Virus record (IMG/VR): IMGVR_UViG_3300025131_009354
Span: 1-64,000 of that record
Direction: 5' to 3' (one strand)
Source of the DNA: a virus
Length of the DNA: 64,000 nucleotides
The notes beneath the pieces were generated by a model. That model had not been told where the DNA came from and ran no database searches. It saw nothing but the letters and a program-made list of their open reading frames with translations. A program made the translations under genes and the position numbers. Shown in pieces: positions 1 through 10,583 of this stretch (its first letter is position 1; the number at the start of each line of letters is the position of its first letter).

Positions 1-94
1 ACCCAATCATCAGAGTAACTCTCATGGATACCACGCACGAACCACGGTTTCACGCAGAGCATTGGCGATCAGCCAGGCATTTTGAGGTAGTATC

Positions 95-298
95 ATGAAG
101 TGCGGCGACCTAGTAAGAATTAGAAAGTCAGCGATTGACCACTTGTCCACCTTGTGGTTCATTGAGTTGGCGGACAACAAGACGCCCTTGGTGCTGATTG
201 AGAAGCTGGATAGTCTCCACCCAGGTTGGTTTGTACTCAAGCCTGATGGCTCAAACTTCTTTATCCTTGAAGAAAATCTAACGAAAAGAATGTGGTAA
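95..298 (+). CDS. small SH3/KOW-like beta-barrel protein (GDLV family)
   Basis: RBS GAGGT; begins MKCGDLVRI; first of six tandem small ORFs. Confidence 0.7.
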   Translation: MKCGDLVRIRKSAIDHLSTLWFIELADNKTPLVLIEKLDSLHPGWFVLKPDGSNFFILEENLTKRMW

Positions 299-495
299 TG
301 AACCCCGAATACAAAAGCTATAAAATTGGCGAACTGGTTGGCGTGGCTAGCGCAAACACTCTCGGTCTCATCACTCGCTCAAATTATTGGGCTCTTGATG
401 AATATCTCGGCGGTGAGACTGAGTTCGTTGATGTGATGTGGGGCGCACACGAATCAAAACAATATCCCGTGCAATATCTGGTGAGAGTAAAATGA
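298..495 (+). CDS. small SH3/KOW-like protein
   Basis: ATG overlaps upstream TAA; YKIGELVGV motif. Confidence 0.65.
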   Translation: MNPEYKSYKIGELVGVASANTLGLITRSNYWALDEYLGGETEFVDVMWGAHESKQYPVQYLVRVK

Positions 496-707
496 AATAC
501 GCTGACGGATTAAAGCCGGGCACCCTACTCCGCATCAAGAAGCAGTGCCGAAAGAACATCGCCATCTTGGAGAGCGGGGAATACGCTATCCTCGCTCACA
601 AGCAAGTGAAGACGGGCAAAAGTATTTTATGGGATGTATTATACCCCGACGGCCGCCGCTCTATTTTTATGCCTACGAATTGGGAGGTGCTGAGTGAACC
701 AGAGTGA
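492..707 (+). CDS. small SH3/KOW-like protein
   Basis: ATGA overlap with previous gene; LKPGTLLRI motif. Confidence 0.65.
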   Translation: MKYADGLKPGTLLRIKKQCRKNIAILESGEYAILAHKQVKTGKSILWDVLYPDGRRSIFMPTNWEVLSEPE

Positions 708-939
708 ATACAGCCTCTACCATGCGAACAAAGTTCAAATGCCCGGCACTCTTCTGCGCGCCCGCCACACTCCTCACGCAGGGAAGTTGGCCTTGGTTCT
801 TACCAAGTCTTACGAGGAGAAGAAAGGCACCGGCACAAGCTGGGCCAACCGTTATGTGGATCTTCAGTGGACCACTTCCGGCGAACGCTTTCAAGAACTT
901 TTAACAAATGTTAATAATTGCTTTTCAGTTGTAGAATAA
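694..939 (+). CDS. small SH3/KOW-like protein
   Basis: RBS GGAGG before GTG; MPGTLLRA motif. Confidence 0.6.
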   Translation: MNQSEYSLYHANKVQMPGTLLRARHTPHAGKLALVLTKSYEEKKGTGTSWANRYVDLQWTTSGERFQELLTNVNNCFSVVE

Positions 940-970
940 TATGTTATACTCAAGCACAAGGAGAAATAAA

Positions 971-1162
971 ATGAGCACACAACATCTACAGTCGGGCACC
1001 GTCCTAAAGAATTCTGACGGGGCAGTTGGTCTCGTGTTGGGACGATTCATCCGTAAAGGCGAGGCATGGTGGACAGTCCACTGGGAAGATCTAGATACTG
1101 CTGCCCACAAAGAATTAGACATTTGTGAGTCCATGGAGATTCTAAGCGCTGATGAATCTTAG
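971..1162 (+). CDS. small SH3/KOW-like protein
   Basis: RBS AAGGAG; LQSGTVLK...VGLVL...WTVHW. Confidence 0.65.
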   Translation: MSTQHLQSGTVLKNSDGAVGLVLGRFIRKGEAWWTVHWEDLDTAAHKELDICESMEILSADES

Positions 1163-1179
1163 CGTAAACCCCAGCACAA

Positions 1180-1392
1180 ATGGCCATCAAGCCTAAATTA
1201 AGACCAGGAGATCTGGTAGAGCTTAAGTCCTCTGATTACAGGTTCTTAGGGCTCGTAAAGAGGGCCTCCTATGCCCGCCGCCGCGGTGAATCACCCATGA
1301 TTTATGTAGAGTGGTGCGGTCTAGCACCAAGAATATATCCCCAGCAATATGTCGAGGAAAGCCTTTTAAAAATAGTAAAGAAGAGCAAATGA
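1180..1392 (+). CDS. small SH3/KOW-like protein
   Basis: LRPGDLVEL...LGLV...YVEW...EESLL. Confidence 0.65.
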   Translation: MAIKPKLRPGDLVELKSSDYRFLGLVKRASYARRRGESPMIYVEWCGLAPRIYPQQYVEESLLKIVKKSK

Positions 1393-1442
1393 ACCTCTTT
1401 GGCGAACTAGATACTTTATAAGCCGGGAAGAGGAAAATATGT

Positions 1443-3287
1443 ATGAATTGGTACCGCGGTAACAAAAGTTATTTTATTTGGGCTTTTGTATTAGTCGCGG
1501 TTCTTTTCGTTATGTCTTCTCATCTTGCGCGCCTAGAGGTAAACCAGCCCAGTGTTGTGTCTTACAGCCGGGCGCTTACTCTGTTAGGCTCCGCAAGTGA
1601 CCAAGGTACTTCTGCCGAAGTAGTGATCCGCCAAGACAAGTGGACAATCACTATGGGCGAGAAAATCTATGAAACAAATGCACCACTCTCAGAAGAGGTT
1701 TTAAAAAAACTATCTGAAGACAAAAATATAGAGCTTAGGTTTCTTGGGTCAGATCCGCCGTCGATATGGCTGACTCTTCTTGTCTCTTGGCTGCCGATAG
1801 TATTTATATTTATTATTTTAATATATGTATTTCGTTCCGTCATGAAGAACACTGGCCCATCGCCGATGACAACCTTCTCTCAGACAAAGTCCCGAGTCAT
1901 TCTTCCGTCAGAATTTGGTGTAAAGTTTGATGATGTGGCGGGCTGCCAAGAGGCGAAGGAAGAGTTAGTAGAACTAGTTGAGTTCCTGCGTCACCCGCAC
2001 CGTTTTGTAAAGCTTGGCGGCAAGATGCCGAAGGGTGTTCTTTTATATGGTCCTCCTGGGACAGGAAAAACCTTATTAGCCAAGGCTGTTGCTCATGAGG
2101 CTCAGGTTCCCTTTATATTATCTTCCGGGTCTGAATTTGTCGAGATGTATGTTGGTGTCGGCGCATCACGAGTTCGTGACTTATTTGCTCGCGCCAAGAA
2201 GATGGCCCCATGTATTGTATTCATAGACGAGCTAGATGCAATAGGAAAACATCGCGGCGGCGGTGGCCATACCGGAGGGAATGATGAAAGAGAGCAAACA
2301 CTAAATCAAATACTCGTAGAGCTAGACGGATTCGAAGAAAACTCAGGAATAATTGTGATGGCAGCGACTAACCGTGTTGAGGTATTAGATAAAGCTCTGA
2401 CCCGCCCAGGGAGATTTGACAGAAAGGTCTCTGTGCCGCTGCCTGACTCTCGCGGAAGAGAGCAGATTTTAAAAATTCATACTGCCACCGCTCCCCTTGA
2501 TCGCCAGGTAGACCTAAAAACATTGGCAGCAACGACCCCTGGGTTATCAGGCGCTGATTTAGCCAACCTAGTAAATGAGGCATGTATCTTGGCTGCTATG
2601 AAGAAGTCGTCAAAGATTACCAATGCTCACCTTGAAGAAGCAAAGGACAAAGTTCTTATGGGAAAACCCCGTAAATCACTCCAGATTTCTGAGGACTCAC
2701 GCCGCGCAACAGCGATACACGAAGCCGGCCATGCCATTTTGGCTTATTATCTAGAAGATGCTGACCCGCTGCACAAAGTAACAATTGTGCCCCATGGTCA
2801 AGCGCTGGGACTAACTGTACAGATGCCAACTGACGATCGCTTCTCTTGGAACAAGAAGGAGAATATTGCCAGAATAAAAGTCCTTCTTGGAGGATACATC
2901 GCAGAGAAAATGTTCTTTGGGGAAGATGGTACGTCTACTGGTGTTTCAAATGATTTACTGAGAGCAAAACAATTAGCCGAGAGAATGGTAAAGGACTTTG
3001 GAATGGGTTCTATTGGGCCAATGTACTTTGGAAAGAATACAACTAATTCTTATATTGAACGTTCATCAGAAACTTCAGAGGCCTATAAATTAGAGTTTGA
3101 CCAAGCCGTAGAAGAGATTATCAGAAGGTCTCTCAAGGAAGCAGAGGGTCTTCTAGAGTCAAAGAGAGAGCACGTTGCTCTTCTTACGACATCTTTGGTG
3201 GACAATAATACCGTCACGGCAAAGGAGCTAGAGGGCATTTTCGGAGTCCTCGACATTTATATTCAGGAAGATGAAGAAAAAGCTTGA
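1443..3287 (+). CDS. ftsH: ATP-dependent zinc metalloprotease FtsH
   Basis: two N-terminal TM segments; KFDDVAG; Walker A GPPGTGKT; Walker B IVFIDELD; RPGRFDR; HEAGH zinc motif. Confidence 0.97.
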   Translation: MNWYRGNKSYFIWAFVLVAVLFVMSSHLARLEVNQPSVVSYSRALTLLGSASDQGTSAEVVIRQDKWTITMGEKIYETNAPLSEEVLKKLSEDKNIELRFLGSDPPSIWLTLLVSWLPIVFIFIILIYVFRSVMKNTGPSPMTTFSQTKSRVILPSEFGVKFDDVAGCQEAKEELVELVEFLRHPHRFVKLGGKMPKGVLLYGPPGTGKTLLAKAVAHEAQVPFILSSGSEFVEMYVGVGASRVRDLFARAKKMAPCIVFIDELDAIGKHRGGGGHTGGNDEREQTLNQILVELDGFEENSGIIVMAATNRVEVLDKALTRPGRFDRKVSVPLPDSRGREQILKIHTATAPLDRQVDLKTLAATTPGLSGADLANLVNEACILAAMKKSSKITNAHLEEAKDKVLMGKPRKSLQISEDSRRATAIHEAGHAILAYYLEDADPLHKVTIVPHGQALGLTVQMPTDDRFSWNKKENIARIKVLLGGYIAEKMFFGEDGTSTGVSNDLLRAKQLAERMVKDFGMGSIGPMYFGKNTTNSYIERSSETSEAYKLEFDQAVEEIIRRSLKEAEGLLESKREHVALLTTSLVDNNTVTAKELEGIFGVLDIYIQEDEEKA

Positions 3288-3311
3288 CGTATCCCTGTGG
3301 CCTGATATTCT
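3283..3311 (+). promoter_or_regulatory. sigma70-like promoter (CTTGAC class)
   Basis: TTGACG-N16-TATTCT with extended -10 TG. Confidence 0.5.
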
Positions 3312-3337
3312 AGTATAGAAGATGGGGGGGAACTGCT

Positions 3338-3622
3338 TTGCCTAAAAGTAAAAAACACCTTAAGCGCCTTAAGCGGGACAAGAAGAAAAAGAAAGACAAG
3401 AGGGTCATCCACGACCAACAGCAGAAGCTAGATAAGCAGATGAACATGTTTGACAGACTGCCAAGCTCATGCTCGGCTTGTAAAAAAGAATTTCCCAAGA
3501 CTCGCGACGCCCATATGACATGGCAAGTCGTAGTAAGAACAGAACAAGAACTGGTCAGGCTTTTCTGCCCAGAATGTCAAGAACTAGCCAGCAAACTGGC
3601 AGAGGAGCAAGATGAAGTTTAA
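3338..3622 (+). CDS. basic zinc-ribbon protein
   Basis: Lys-rich N-terminus; CSAC...FCPEC; TTG start. Confidence 0.65.
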   Translation: MPKSKKHLKRLKRDKKKKKDKRVIHDQQQKLDKQMNMFDRLPSSCSACKKEFPKTRDAHMTWQVVVRTEQELVRLFCPECQELASKLAEEQDEV

Positions 3623-4670
3623 AGAAGCAGTTACCTACGATGATATGCTCATGGTACCAAGGTACAGCAATATCGAGAGCAGAAATGAAGTAGATATTGG
3701 AAGCGACTTATCATTTGATATTAGGCTTTCTCTACCGGTGATTGCGTCGCCGATGGACACAGTCTCTGAGTCTAGGATGGCCCGTGCCATGGGCGCGGCT
3801 GGTGGAGTGGCAGTTTTGCATCGCTACAATACAATTCAAGAACAGGTCTCACTAGTTCAGGAGTCTATTCTTGGCGTACCCGTTCATAACCGTCTTACCC
3901 ACCCAATCGCAGCGGCTATTGGGGTTACGGGAGATTGTATGGAGAGGGCAGCCGAGCTTGTAGCTGCCGGCGTTGATATTTTGTGTGTAGACGTTGCCCA
4001 CGGGCACCATATCCTAATGAAAAAAGCGCTTGAGCACTTGAGCGAAGAATATAATAATAGTATTCATATTATGGCAGGCAATGTTTGCACGCTAGAAGGT
4101 GTCAATGATCTTGCCGACTGGGGCGCTCACTCAGTTCGCTGTAATATTGGCGGAGGCTCTATTTGCAGCACCCGCCTGGTGACAGGACATGGGCTGCCAG
4201 GACTTCAGACTATTTTCGACTGCGCTCGTACTGATCGAGATGTGTCGATTATTGCCGATGGCGGCATTAAAACTTCTGGAGATATTGTGAAGGCGCTCGC
4301 TGCCGGAGCCGACTTTGTAATGTGCGGCTCTTTGCTAGCTGGCACGGACGAAAGCCCAGGTCAAACAATTAATTTGCCAGATGGCAGCAGAGCAAAAGAA
4401 TATAGAGGCATGGCCTCAAAAGATGCGCAGCTAGATTGGCGGAACAAGTCACCTACCCCTGAGGGTGTTGCGTCATATATCCCCCACAAGGGAAGCGTAG
4501 TAGATATTCTTAGGGACTTAGAGGGTGGGATCCGCAGCGGATTTTCCTATACCGGCGCTCGCACTCTAGCTGAGCTACGAAATAAAGTAGAATGGGTACG
4601 GCAAACATCCGCCGGCACTCACGAAAGTAACACACACATCTTAAGCACCCGGAACGCACGGAGAAAATAA
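3612..4670 (+). CDS. guaB: IMP dehydrogenase / GMP reductase family, no CBS domain
   Basis: [23 protein letters not shown] catalytic Cys loop, IIADGGI, YRGMAS, PEG; guaB vs guaC not resolved. Confidence 0.88.
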   Translation: MKFKEAVTYDDMLMVPRYSNIESRNEVDIGSDLSFDIRLSLPVIASPMDTVSESRMARAMGAAGGVAVLHRYNTIQEQVSLVQESILGVPVHNRLTHPIAAAIGVTGDCMERAAELVAAGVDILCVDVAHGHHILMKKALEHLSEEYNNSIHIMAGNVCTLEGVNDLADWGAHSVRCNIGGGSICSTRLVTGHGLPGLQTIFDCARTDRDVSIIADGGIKTSGDIVKALAAGADFVMCGSLLAGTDESPGQTINLPDGSRAKEYRGMASKDAQLDWRNKSPTPEGVASYIPHKGSVVDILRDLEGGIRSGFSYTGARTLAELRNKVEWVRQTSAGTHESNTHILSTRNARRK

Positions 4671-4671
4671 A

Positions 4672-5004
4672 ATGTTTTATCGTAAAGATCCGAAAAAACA
4701 GCAAGCTAAAATCAATCAAGAACCGACAGAGTTTGAGACTCAATATAGTTCTGCGCCAACATGCTTCGAGGTGCAGGAGAAGTGGAGAGTAGAGTGTGAT
4801 CAGACCGAGTGCCGCAACTGGATGAACTTCGAAGAGGACTTAAACTGCGCGGTAGCGTGCGCAAGGAAATACCCAGCAGGTCTTAGCCTGCGAGAAGTGG
4901 CTGACAGAATGGGAGTTAGCTTCCCTCGTATTAGTCAAATTGAGCATGCCGCTTTTAATAAGCTTGAGTCTACTGGGATTTTTGAAGATTTTGACGATCA
5001 ATAG
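4672..5004 (+). CDS. Cys-rich protein with sigma70 region-4 type HTH
   Basis: GLSLREVADRMGVSFPRISQIEHAAFNKL preceded by a Cys cluster. Confidence 0.75.
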   Translation: MFYRKDPKKQQAKINQEPTEFETQYSSAPTCFEVQEKWRVECDQTECRNWMNFEEDLNCAVACARKYPAGLSLREVADRMGVSFPRISQIEHAAFNKLESTGIFEDFDDQ

Positions 5005-5025
5005 GGTGTTTTTGATATTGACAAC

Positions 5026-5033
5026 CTATTTAT
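5026..5033 (+). promoter_or_regulatory. putative late promoter motif CTATTTAT
   Basis: intergenic; identical octamer precedes at least 9 genes in the window. Confidence 0.55.
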
Positions 5034-5073
5034 TGATGATTGTGTTACCAATCACTTTAAGGAGAACAATGTA

Positions 5074-5580
5074 ATGACTAAGAAGACTCTTATTAACGAA
5101 AACGTTATTCGTCGCTGGGGAAAGCTTGCTAACATGGCCCCTCTCACCGAAAACTATCTTGACACTATCGATGAAGAAGAGGAGCTAGAGATGGACGCAG
5201 TTGAGCTTCCCGCCGAAGATGGCGAAGAAGAGATTGTAGATGCCGAAATGGAACTTCCAGGCGAGCCCGCAGCCCAAGTAGAGATGAGTGAAGAAGAGGC
5301 AGAAGTACTAGTACAAGCCATCGCCGACGCAGTCTCTCAAGTGACCGGCGTCGAAGTAGACGTAGAGTCTGAGGAAGAGGCTGAAGCTCTCGCTGATGAC
5401 GGAGCAGATCTTGAAGCTGCTGGCGAAGACCTAGAAGCGCTTGCCGACGAGGAAGCTGGAATGGGCGACGCTGCGTACAATCGTACCGACGAAACTATTG
5501 ATCTAGAGGTTGTTGATGACGAAGAACTCACCGAAGCAGTTCTTAAGCGTGTTGTCGAGCGTCTTCTTAGCCGTCAATAA
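5074..5580 (+). CDS. highly acidic protein, possible head scaffold/internal protein
   Basis: RBS AAGGAG; Glu/Asp-rich; LINE..IRRWGKLA N-terminus; followed by terminator. Confidence 0.7.
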   Translation: MTKKTLINENVIRRWGKLANMAPLTENYLDTIDEEEELEMDAVELPAEDGEEEIVDAEMELPGEPAAQVEMSEEEAEVLVQAIADAVSQVTGVEVDVESEEEAEALADDGADLEAAGEDLEALADEEAGMGDAAYNRTDETIDLEVVDDEELTEAVLKRVVERLLSRQ

Positions 5581-5615
5581 ACTAATTTCGAGTAACGCTT
5601 GAAAGTAATCTAAAG

Positions 5616-5643
5616 AACGACCTCACTCCGGGGTCGTTTTTTT
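5616..5643 (+). terminator. rho-independent terminator
   Basis: AACGACCTC/GGGGTCGTT stem followed by T tract. Confidence 0.75.
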
Positions 5644-5665
5644 ATATGCGGAAAAGAGATAAATA

Positions 5666-6007
5666 ATGTTTAATGTCCTTAAACTTTTAGAAGAAGAGGG
5701 TTATATTAATGAAGGTGAGGATAACATTATCTACGCCGAGAAAGCTTTCTTCGCCGCTCGGGTGATGAAGTGGATTAGGGATGAGGCACAGGCTGACCCA
5801 AACTTTAATCTTGCTTCCCACTTGACTATACTAATGTATTATAAATCAGGACTGGCCGAACTAAAACTTGATGAAGATGGCCTAACATATCGGATGAAAG
5901 AAAACCCGGAGGTAGACGAATTTGTTCACTCACTTACTCAAGCTGTTCTCGGCGATCTTCCGCCTTCGTCCGAGCCGCCTGCTAGCGAACCCGACGAAAC
6001 CCCTTAA
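5666..6007 (+). CDS. hypothetical protein
   Basis: 113-aa ORF in gene-dense plus-strand context. Confidence 0.6.
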   Translation: MFNVLKLLEEEGYINEGEDNIIYAEKAFFAARVMKWIRDEAQADPNFNLASHLTILMYYKSGLAELKLDEDGLTYRMKENPEVDEFVHSLTQAVLGDLPPSSEPPASEPDETP

Positions 6008-6017
6008 AGATATTCTT

Positions 6018-6623
6018 GTGGCAGAAAATATTATCTCATTTATGAAGTCTAAGGGGTATGTTTATTTTGAGAGAGTGGACAAGAAATTAAACCTAAATTT
6101 AATAGGTGTTCGACGGGACAATGATAGCTCAAACGAGTTTGATGACTATCTTCTCGTGTTCTATCAATCTGGAGACACAGTCATACAGAAAAAGTATGAG
6201 GTCACAACCGACCCAGGAAAGTATTGGTTAGAAAACCCAATGAACCCTAGGGGGACTGCGATTCTCATTCCTGGACAGTATCGAGGCGGATGGAAGCTCG
6301 GAAGGCACCAAAACCGATACCAGGCTCTTGTACAGCGAAAGCCTTGCAAGGTTTGGCGAGACAACAACAAAGATGATATAATTGACTATAGAGGGCTAGA
6401 AATGATCAATAAGGGGTTCTTTGGCATTAACATACACAAAAGTAACCCTTATACTGAGTCTTACCTTGTTAATAGATGGAGTGCTGGCTGTCAAGTGTTC
6501 AAACGCGCCGAAGACTACAACGAATTTTTAGAACTGTGTAAGTCTTCTGCACTTATCTACGGAAATAGCTTTACTTATACACTTATCACTGAGAAAGAAT
6601 TAAGAAAACACATCAATAGCTAA
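6018..6623 (+). CDS. L,D-transpeptidase-like (His/Cys) protein, possible endolysin
   Basis: NLIGVR, FDD, TTDPG, GINIH...WSAGCQV; start uncertain (GTG 6018 or ATG 6042). Confidence 0.6.
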   Translation: MAENIISFMKSKGYVYFERVDKKLNLNLIGVRRDNDSSNEFDDYLLVFYQSGDTVIQKKYEVTTDPGKYWLENPMNPRGTAILIPGQYRGGWKLGRHQNRYQALVQRKPCKVWRDNNKDDIIDYRGLEMINKGFFGINIHKSNPYTESYLVNRWSAGCQVFKRAEDYNEFLELCKSSALIYGNSFTYTLITEKELRKHINS

Positions 6624-6631
6624 CTATTTAT
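6624..6631 (+). promoter_or_regulatory. putative late promoter motif CTATTTAT
   Basis: intergenic, upstream of the gene at 6674. Confidence 0.55.
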
Positions 6632-6673
6632 AGATAGCCTGGGTGGCTTTAAGATTTAAGGAGAACATAAATA

Positions 6674-6925
6674 ATGTCAAATAAGTTTAAGATTTCAACA
6701 GCAAGGTTAGCCGAAATTATCAAGGAAGAGTACGCCTCTATTCTGGATGAGCTTGGTGGGCGACGTCCAGATGTGAAGAAGACTAAGTCCGCCGTCAACA
6801 CAGAGAAGGCTGCAACGGACGTAGAGACAGAAGAAGATAATGCAGAGCTTACCAAAGAGGAATCATCTCCCGACTCGATGGGCTCGATCAGAGACCTAAT
6901 CCGGAAAGAGCTTCAGAGCCTGTAA
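6674..6925 (+). CDS. small protein with KIS..RL.EIIKEE leader
   Basis: MSNKFKISTARLAEIIKEE; C-terminal IRDLIRKEL. Confidence 0.7.
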   Translation: MSNKFKISTARLAEIIKEEYASILDELGGRRPDVKKTKSAVNTEKAATDVETEEDNAELTKEESSPDSMGSIRDLIRKELQSL

Positions 6926-6927
6926 AT

Positions 6928-7341
6928 ATGCATCAAGTTTTAAATCCACACCAGATAGATATTCTTCGGGGCAGCCCGGCTATCCATAATGAATTTTCCG
7001 CAAAGGTAAACATCCTAGATGACCGCCTTCAAAAGAATGGCATGTCATACCGAGAGTGGGATCTTCTTAACGATCGCCAGCGCGAGATCTTTTCCGGCAA
7101 TCTTTTTCTTGATGCCGAGTGCGCCAACGGCGTAGATGATTATGTCAACGGTGCAGTAAGTTCTTGTGGGTGCGCCGACACAGAGGAAGAACTCCACCAC
7201 CACTCCCCCGTGCTTATGGGGGAAATAGAAAAACAAAGAGAAATGCTACCAGCAATTAGTGTGTCTGTCAATCCAACAGAATCTTTGGATAACCAAATAG
7301 ACCAACTATTCACGGTCTTATTAGAAAGTGAGGATACTTGA
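6928..7341 (+). CDS. hypothetical acidic protein
   Basis: 137-aa ORF coupled to neighbours. Confidence 0.6.
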   Translation: MHQVLNPHQIDILRGSPAIHNEFSAKVNILDDRLQKNGMSYREWDLLNDRQREIFSGNLFLDAECANGVDDYVNGAVSSCGCADTEEELHHHSPVLMGEIEKQREMLPAISVSVNPTESLDNQIDQLFTVLLESEDT

Positions 7342-8150
7342 AGTCTTTATTAAGATACCCAGGTGGAAAAACTAGAGCGCTCAAACACATCATCCCTTAT
7401 TTCCCAGAAAACCTGACAGAAATGGTCAGTCCTTTTTTTGGCGGCGGATCAATTGAGATTCACTACGCCTCCCAAGGCACAAGAGTTCATGGATATGATA
7501 TCTTCGAACCGCTCACTAACTTTTGGCAATATGTTCTTTCGGATCCAGAAAAGTTAGGGTACTTGCTTGAGACGCTGTTCCACCCCTGTTCTAAGGAGAT
7601 GTTCGCCCAGTACCAGAAGAAGCAAAACTGGACACACATGGACGACACTCACCTACTTTGGAAAGAATTTCGTGCATGCATGTTCTATGCTTTGAACCGT
7701 GCCTCATTTAGCGGGGCAACTATGAGCGGTGGATGGTCAAGGGAGGCCGCACAGAAGCGGTTTACCGAAAGCAGCATCGAGCGCCTTAAAAACTTCGTAT
7801 GTCCCTCTCTAACTGTAGAGCAGGCAGACTTTACTGAGAGCCTCGAAAGGCATGATGACGAGACTTTTATCTACGCTGATCCACCATATCATGTGGAGAA
7901 GCCTGTACTATACGGTGACCGGGGCTCAACGCATAAGGGGTTTGACCACCACGGATTCGCCGAAGCAATCAAAAAGAAAAACAACTGGGTGATTTCTTAT
8001 AATCCAAACCCAACTATATTAGAGCTATACAAAGATTATGAAATCGTATATCCTGAGTGGGCATACGGCATGTCTTCTGATAAGAAGTCGAAAGAAGTAT
8101 TGATTTTAAACGTGAAGGAGAGTGAAGATGCGTTACTTATTGATGATTAG
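7338..8150 (+). CDS. Dam-like (D12 class) DNA N6-adenine methyltransferase
   Basis: LLRYPGGK, PFFGGGS, LNRASFSG, IYADPPY; target sequence unknown. Confidence 0.92.
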   Translation: MKSLLRYPGGKTRALKHIIPYFPENLTEMVSPFFGGGSIEIHYASQGTRVHGYDIFEPLTNFWQYVLSDPEKLGYLLETLFHPCSKEMFAQYQKKQNWTHMDDTHLLWKEFRACMFYALNRASFSGATMSGGWSREAAQKRFTESSIERLKNFVCPSLTVEQADFTESLERHDDETFIYADPPYHVEKPVLYGDRGSTHKGFDHHGFAEAIKKKNNWVISYNPNPTILELYKDYEIVYPEWAYGMSSDKKSKEVLILNVKESEDALLIDD

Positions 8151-8255
8151 TTTATTGTTTCCCGCCGTCGCGACAGCGGGAAACCAGTTTCACTTTGTGG
8201 GCATCCGCGCAATCCCCAACCTTTCACTAATGTATTTTTGGTAGGAGAAAACCAA

Positions 8256-9842
8256 ATGAACAACGACCATATCTTGTTCGGGAATGATATCCGACAAAAG
8301 CTAATCAATGGAGCAAACAAGCTCACTGATGCGGTAGCCTCAACACTTGGCCCTCGCGGACAGAACGTTATATTATATAAACGAGGGGCTGACCCAGTAA
8401 TCACCAAGGACGGAGTCAGTGTTGCCAGAGTTGTTGAATTAGACGACGATTACGAGCAGGCTGCTGTAGAAGTTCTTCGGCAAGCAGCGCTAGAAACAGA
8501 GAAGGCTAGCGGCGATGGAACAACTACTAGTACAGTTTTAGCTCGGGCCATTTTGATGTCAGCCAACAAGCATATTGCAGCCGGCGCATCTTCTATCGAG
8601 ATCAAGAGGGGCATTGATCTAGCCGTTGAGGCAATCTGCGACAGGATTACAGACATGGCACAACCTGTCTCCAGCGAAGAAGAGATCCGACATGTTGCAA
8701 CAGTGTCTGCTAACGGCGATGAGGCTATTGGAACTCTGATTGCCGAGGCTGTTGCTACTGCCGGTAAAGATGGAGCCATCACGATTGAAGAGGGCAGATC
8801 TCTCCAGACATCCATGGATGTAGTTGAGGGGTTTCAGTTTGAGGGAGGGTATGTCTCCTCTCAGTTCATTACTGACGAGCGCAAAGGGACAGTTGAACAC
8901 CGAGATACTCTTGTTCTTGTGACTGATGAGTCGCTAGATAATGTAGAGGAGATGCTTCCCATTCTTGAGGTGGTTGCCCGCGACGGTCGCCCTTTTGTGG
9001 TGGTGGCGGAAGAAGTTGAGGGGCCACTTTTGGCTGCACTTATTATAAATCGCATGCGTAATGGCATGAAGATCGCTGCTATCAAAGCTCCTCGCTATGG
9101 AGAAGAGCGCCGGAACTTGCTAGAGGATGTCGCCCTTGTTACTGGCGCAACGTTTGTGAGCAAAGAGAGAGGGTTACGTCTTAAGGATGTAAAACTTGAG
9201 CACCTAGGATCAGTCAAGAAAATAGAAATTGGCAAAAGGTTTACCACTATGGCCGACGGTGACGCAAACCACGAAGAACTAGAGGATCGCCTAGCTACCC
9301 TTCGGGGACAAGTAGAGGAAACAGAAAGCCTAGTAGAGGCAGAGAGAATTCAAAATAGAATCACTCGCCTCTCCTCGGCTATCGCCGTCATTAAGATTGG
9401 CGGCGCTACAGAAATAGAAGTCACAGAAAAGAAGCATCGGGTTGAGGACGCCCTAGAGGCTGTTCGATCAGCACAGGAAGAGGGGATTGTCCCCGGCGGC
9501 GGCACAGCCCTTTTAAAGTGCGCTAATAATATTGAGATCGAGGCTGCCTCCCCGGATCAGTTCCGCGGCGCAGAAATAACTCTTCAGGCTTGTTATGCTC
9601 CAATTACCCAGATTTTACAGAATGCAGATATCTCTTCTGATATCGTAGTAAATTCTCTCTTGCATGACGAGCATGATAAGAATGTCGGCTTTAATGTTAG
9701 GACTGAAAGGTTCGAGAATTTAGTGGAGACCGGGGTCATCGACCCGGCTAAAACGGTGAAGTGTGCATTACAAAATGCCGCTAGCGCAGCAGGAACGCTG
9801 CTCACCACTAATTGTGCTGTTCTTCGGAAGGGTGGTGAATAA
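8256..9842 (+). CDS. groEL: chaperonin GroEL
   Basis: TLGPRG, ITKDGVSVA, GDGTTT, KAPRYG, GIVPGGG, GVIDP; no GGM tail; no groES in the window. Confidence 0.96.
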   Translation: MNNDHILFGNDIRQKLINGANKLTDAVASTLGPRGQNVILYKRGADPVITKDGVSVARVVELDDDYEQAAVEVLRQAALETEKASGDGTTTSTVLARAILMSANKHIAAGASSIEIKRGIDLAVEAICDRITDMAQPVSSEEEIRHVATVSANGDEAIGTLIAEAVATAGKDGAITIEEGRSLQTSMDVVEGFQFEGGYVSSQFITDERKGTVEHRDTLVLVTDESLDNVEEMLPILEVVARDGRPFVVVAEEVEGPLLAALIINRMRNGMKIAAIKAPRYGEERRNLLEDVALVTGATFVSKERGLRLKDVKLEHLGSVKKIEIGKRFTTMADGDANHEELEDRLATLRGQVEETESLVEAERIQNRITRLSSAIAVIKIGGATEIEVTEKKHRVEDALEAVRSAQEEGIVPGGGTALLKCANNIEIEAASPDQFRGAEITLQACYAPITQILQNADISSDIVVNSLLHDEHDKNVGFNVRTERFENLVETGVIDPAKTVKCALQNAASAAGTLLTTNCAVLRKGGE

Positions 9843-9886
9843 AAACACAAGTCTAGCGACTAATTAGAGCAGCCGGTTTCATACAT

Positions 9887-9918
9887 AAAGACCAGTATAT
9901 TTTGTGCTGGTCTTTTTT
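9887..9918 (+). terminator. rho-independent terminator after groEL
   Basis: AAAGACCAGTA/TGCTGGTCTTT stem plus T tract. Confidence 0.6.
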
Positions 9919-9937
9919 ATAACACGGGAGAACTTAT

Positions 9938-10408
9938 ATGAAGCCGAAAACACAAGAAGAGGCCATAGCCTCATTGTTAGAGAAAGTAGAGAGAGTTGAG
10001 CGCAAAATCTCAGGAGCGCAGTCGCTGAATGGCGGCTTTGATAAGCTCCTTTTGGAGGTCGCTCATATCAAGGAGGCTCAAGTAGAAATCCTCCAGGGTA
10101 TCCGAGGGGTTAAAAAGAATTTGTACGAGCCAGACTCAGGACTTTTCAGTCGAGTTAAAGAACTAGAATCAGAATCAGCCCGCCGCTGGGAATATATTGT
10201 AGAAACGAAGCCAGTTGTGGGACAACACCAAGAACTTCTCCACTGGAGAAAAGACGCCCAAAAAGATTTAGACGAAGTGGAAGACCTCCGGGTGGAGATG
10301 GCCAAGCTTCAAGACTGGAAAGCCGGAATGTCCAAGGTGATGTGGCTTGTGGGCACCGCCGCCGCAGGCATGTGGGTGAAGCATTTTATGGATATGCTCA
10401 TGAAGTGA
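9938..10408 (+). CDS. coiled-coil protein with C-terminal membrane anchor
   Basis: heptad pattern then VMWLVGTAAAGMWV. Confidence 0.65.
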   Translation: MKPKTQEEAIASLLEKVERVERKISGAQSLNGGFDKLLLEVAHIKEAQVEILQGIRGVKKNLYEPDSGLFSRVKELESESARRWEYIVETKPVVGQHQELLHWRKDAQKDLDEVEDLRVEMAKLQDWKAGMSKVMWLVGTAAAGMWVKHFMDMLMK

Positions 10409-10554
10409 TATGTTTGGCTTATTTCTCTCACTCATTTTTCTAGGGGGAGCGATTTATTACCGCAATCGCTGGAAGAAGTGCGAGGAAGTCAAAGAAAATC
10501 TTAAAAAAAACCGCCCCTTGTACGACGACTGGGGCGAATAAAATATAAATAAAA

Positions 10555-10583
10555 CTTGACATACTACCCAGCCATGCTAATAT
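10555..10583 (+). promoter_or_regulatory. sigma70-like early promoter
   Basis: TTGACA-N16-TAATAT, extended TG, A-rich UP element. Confidence 0.7.
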
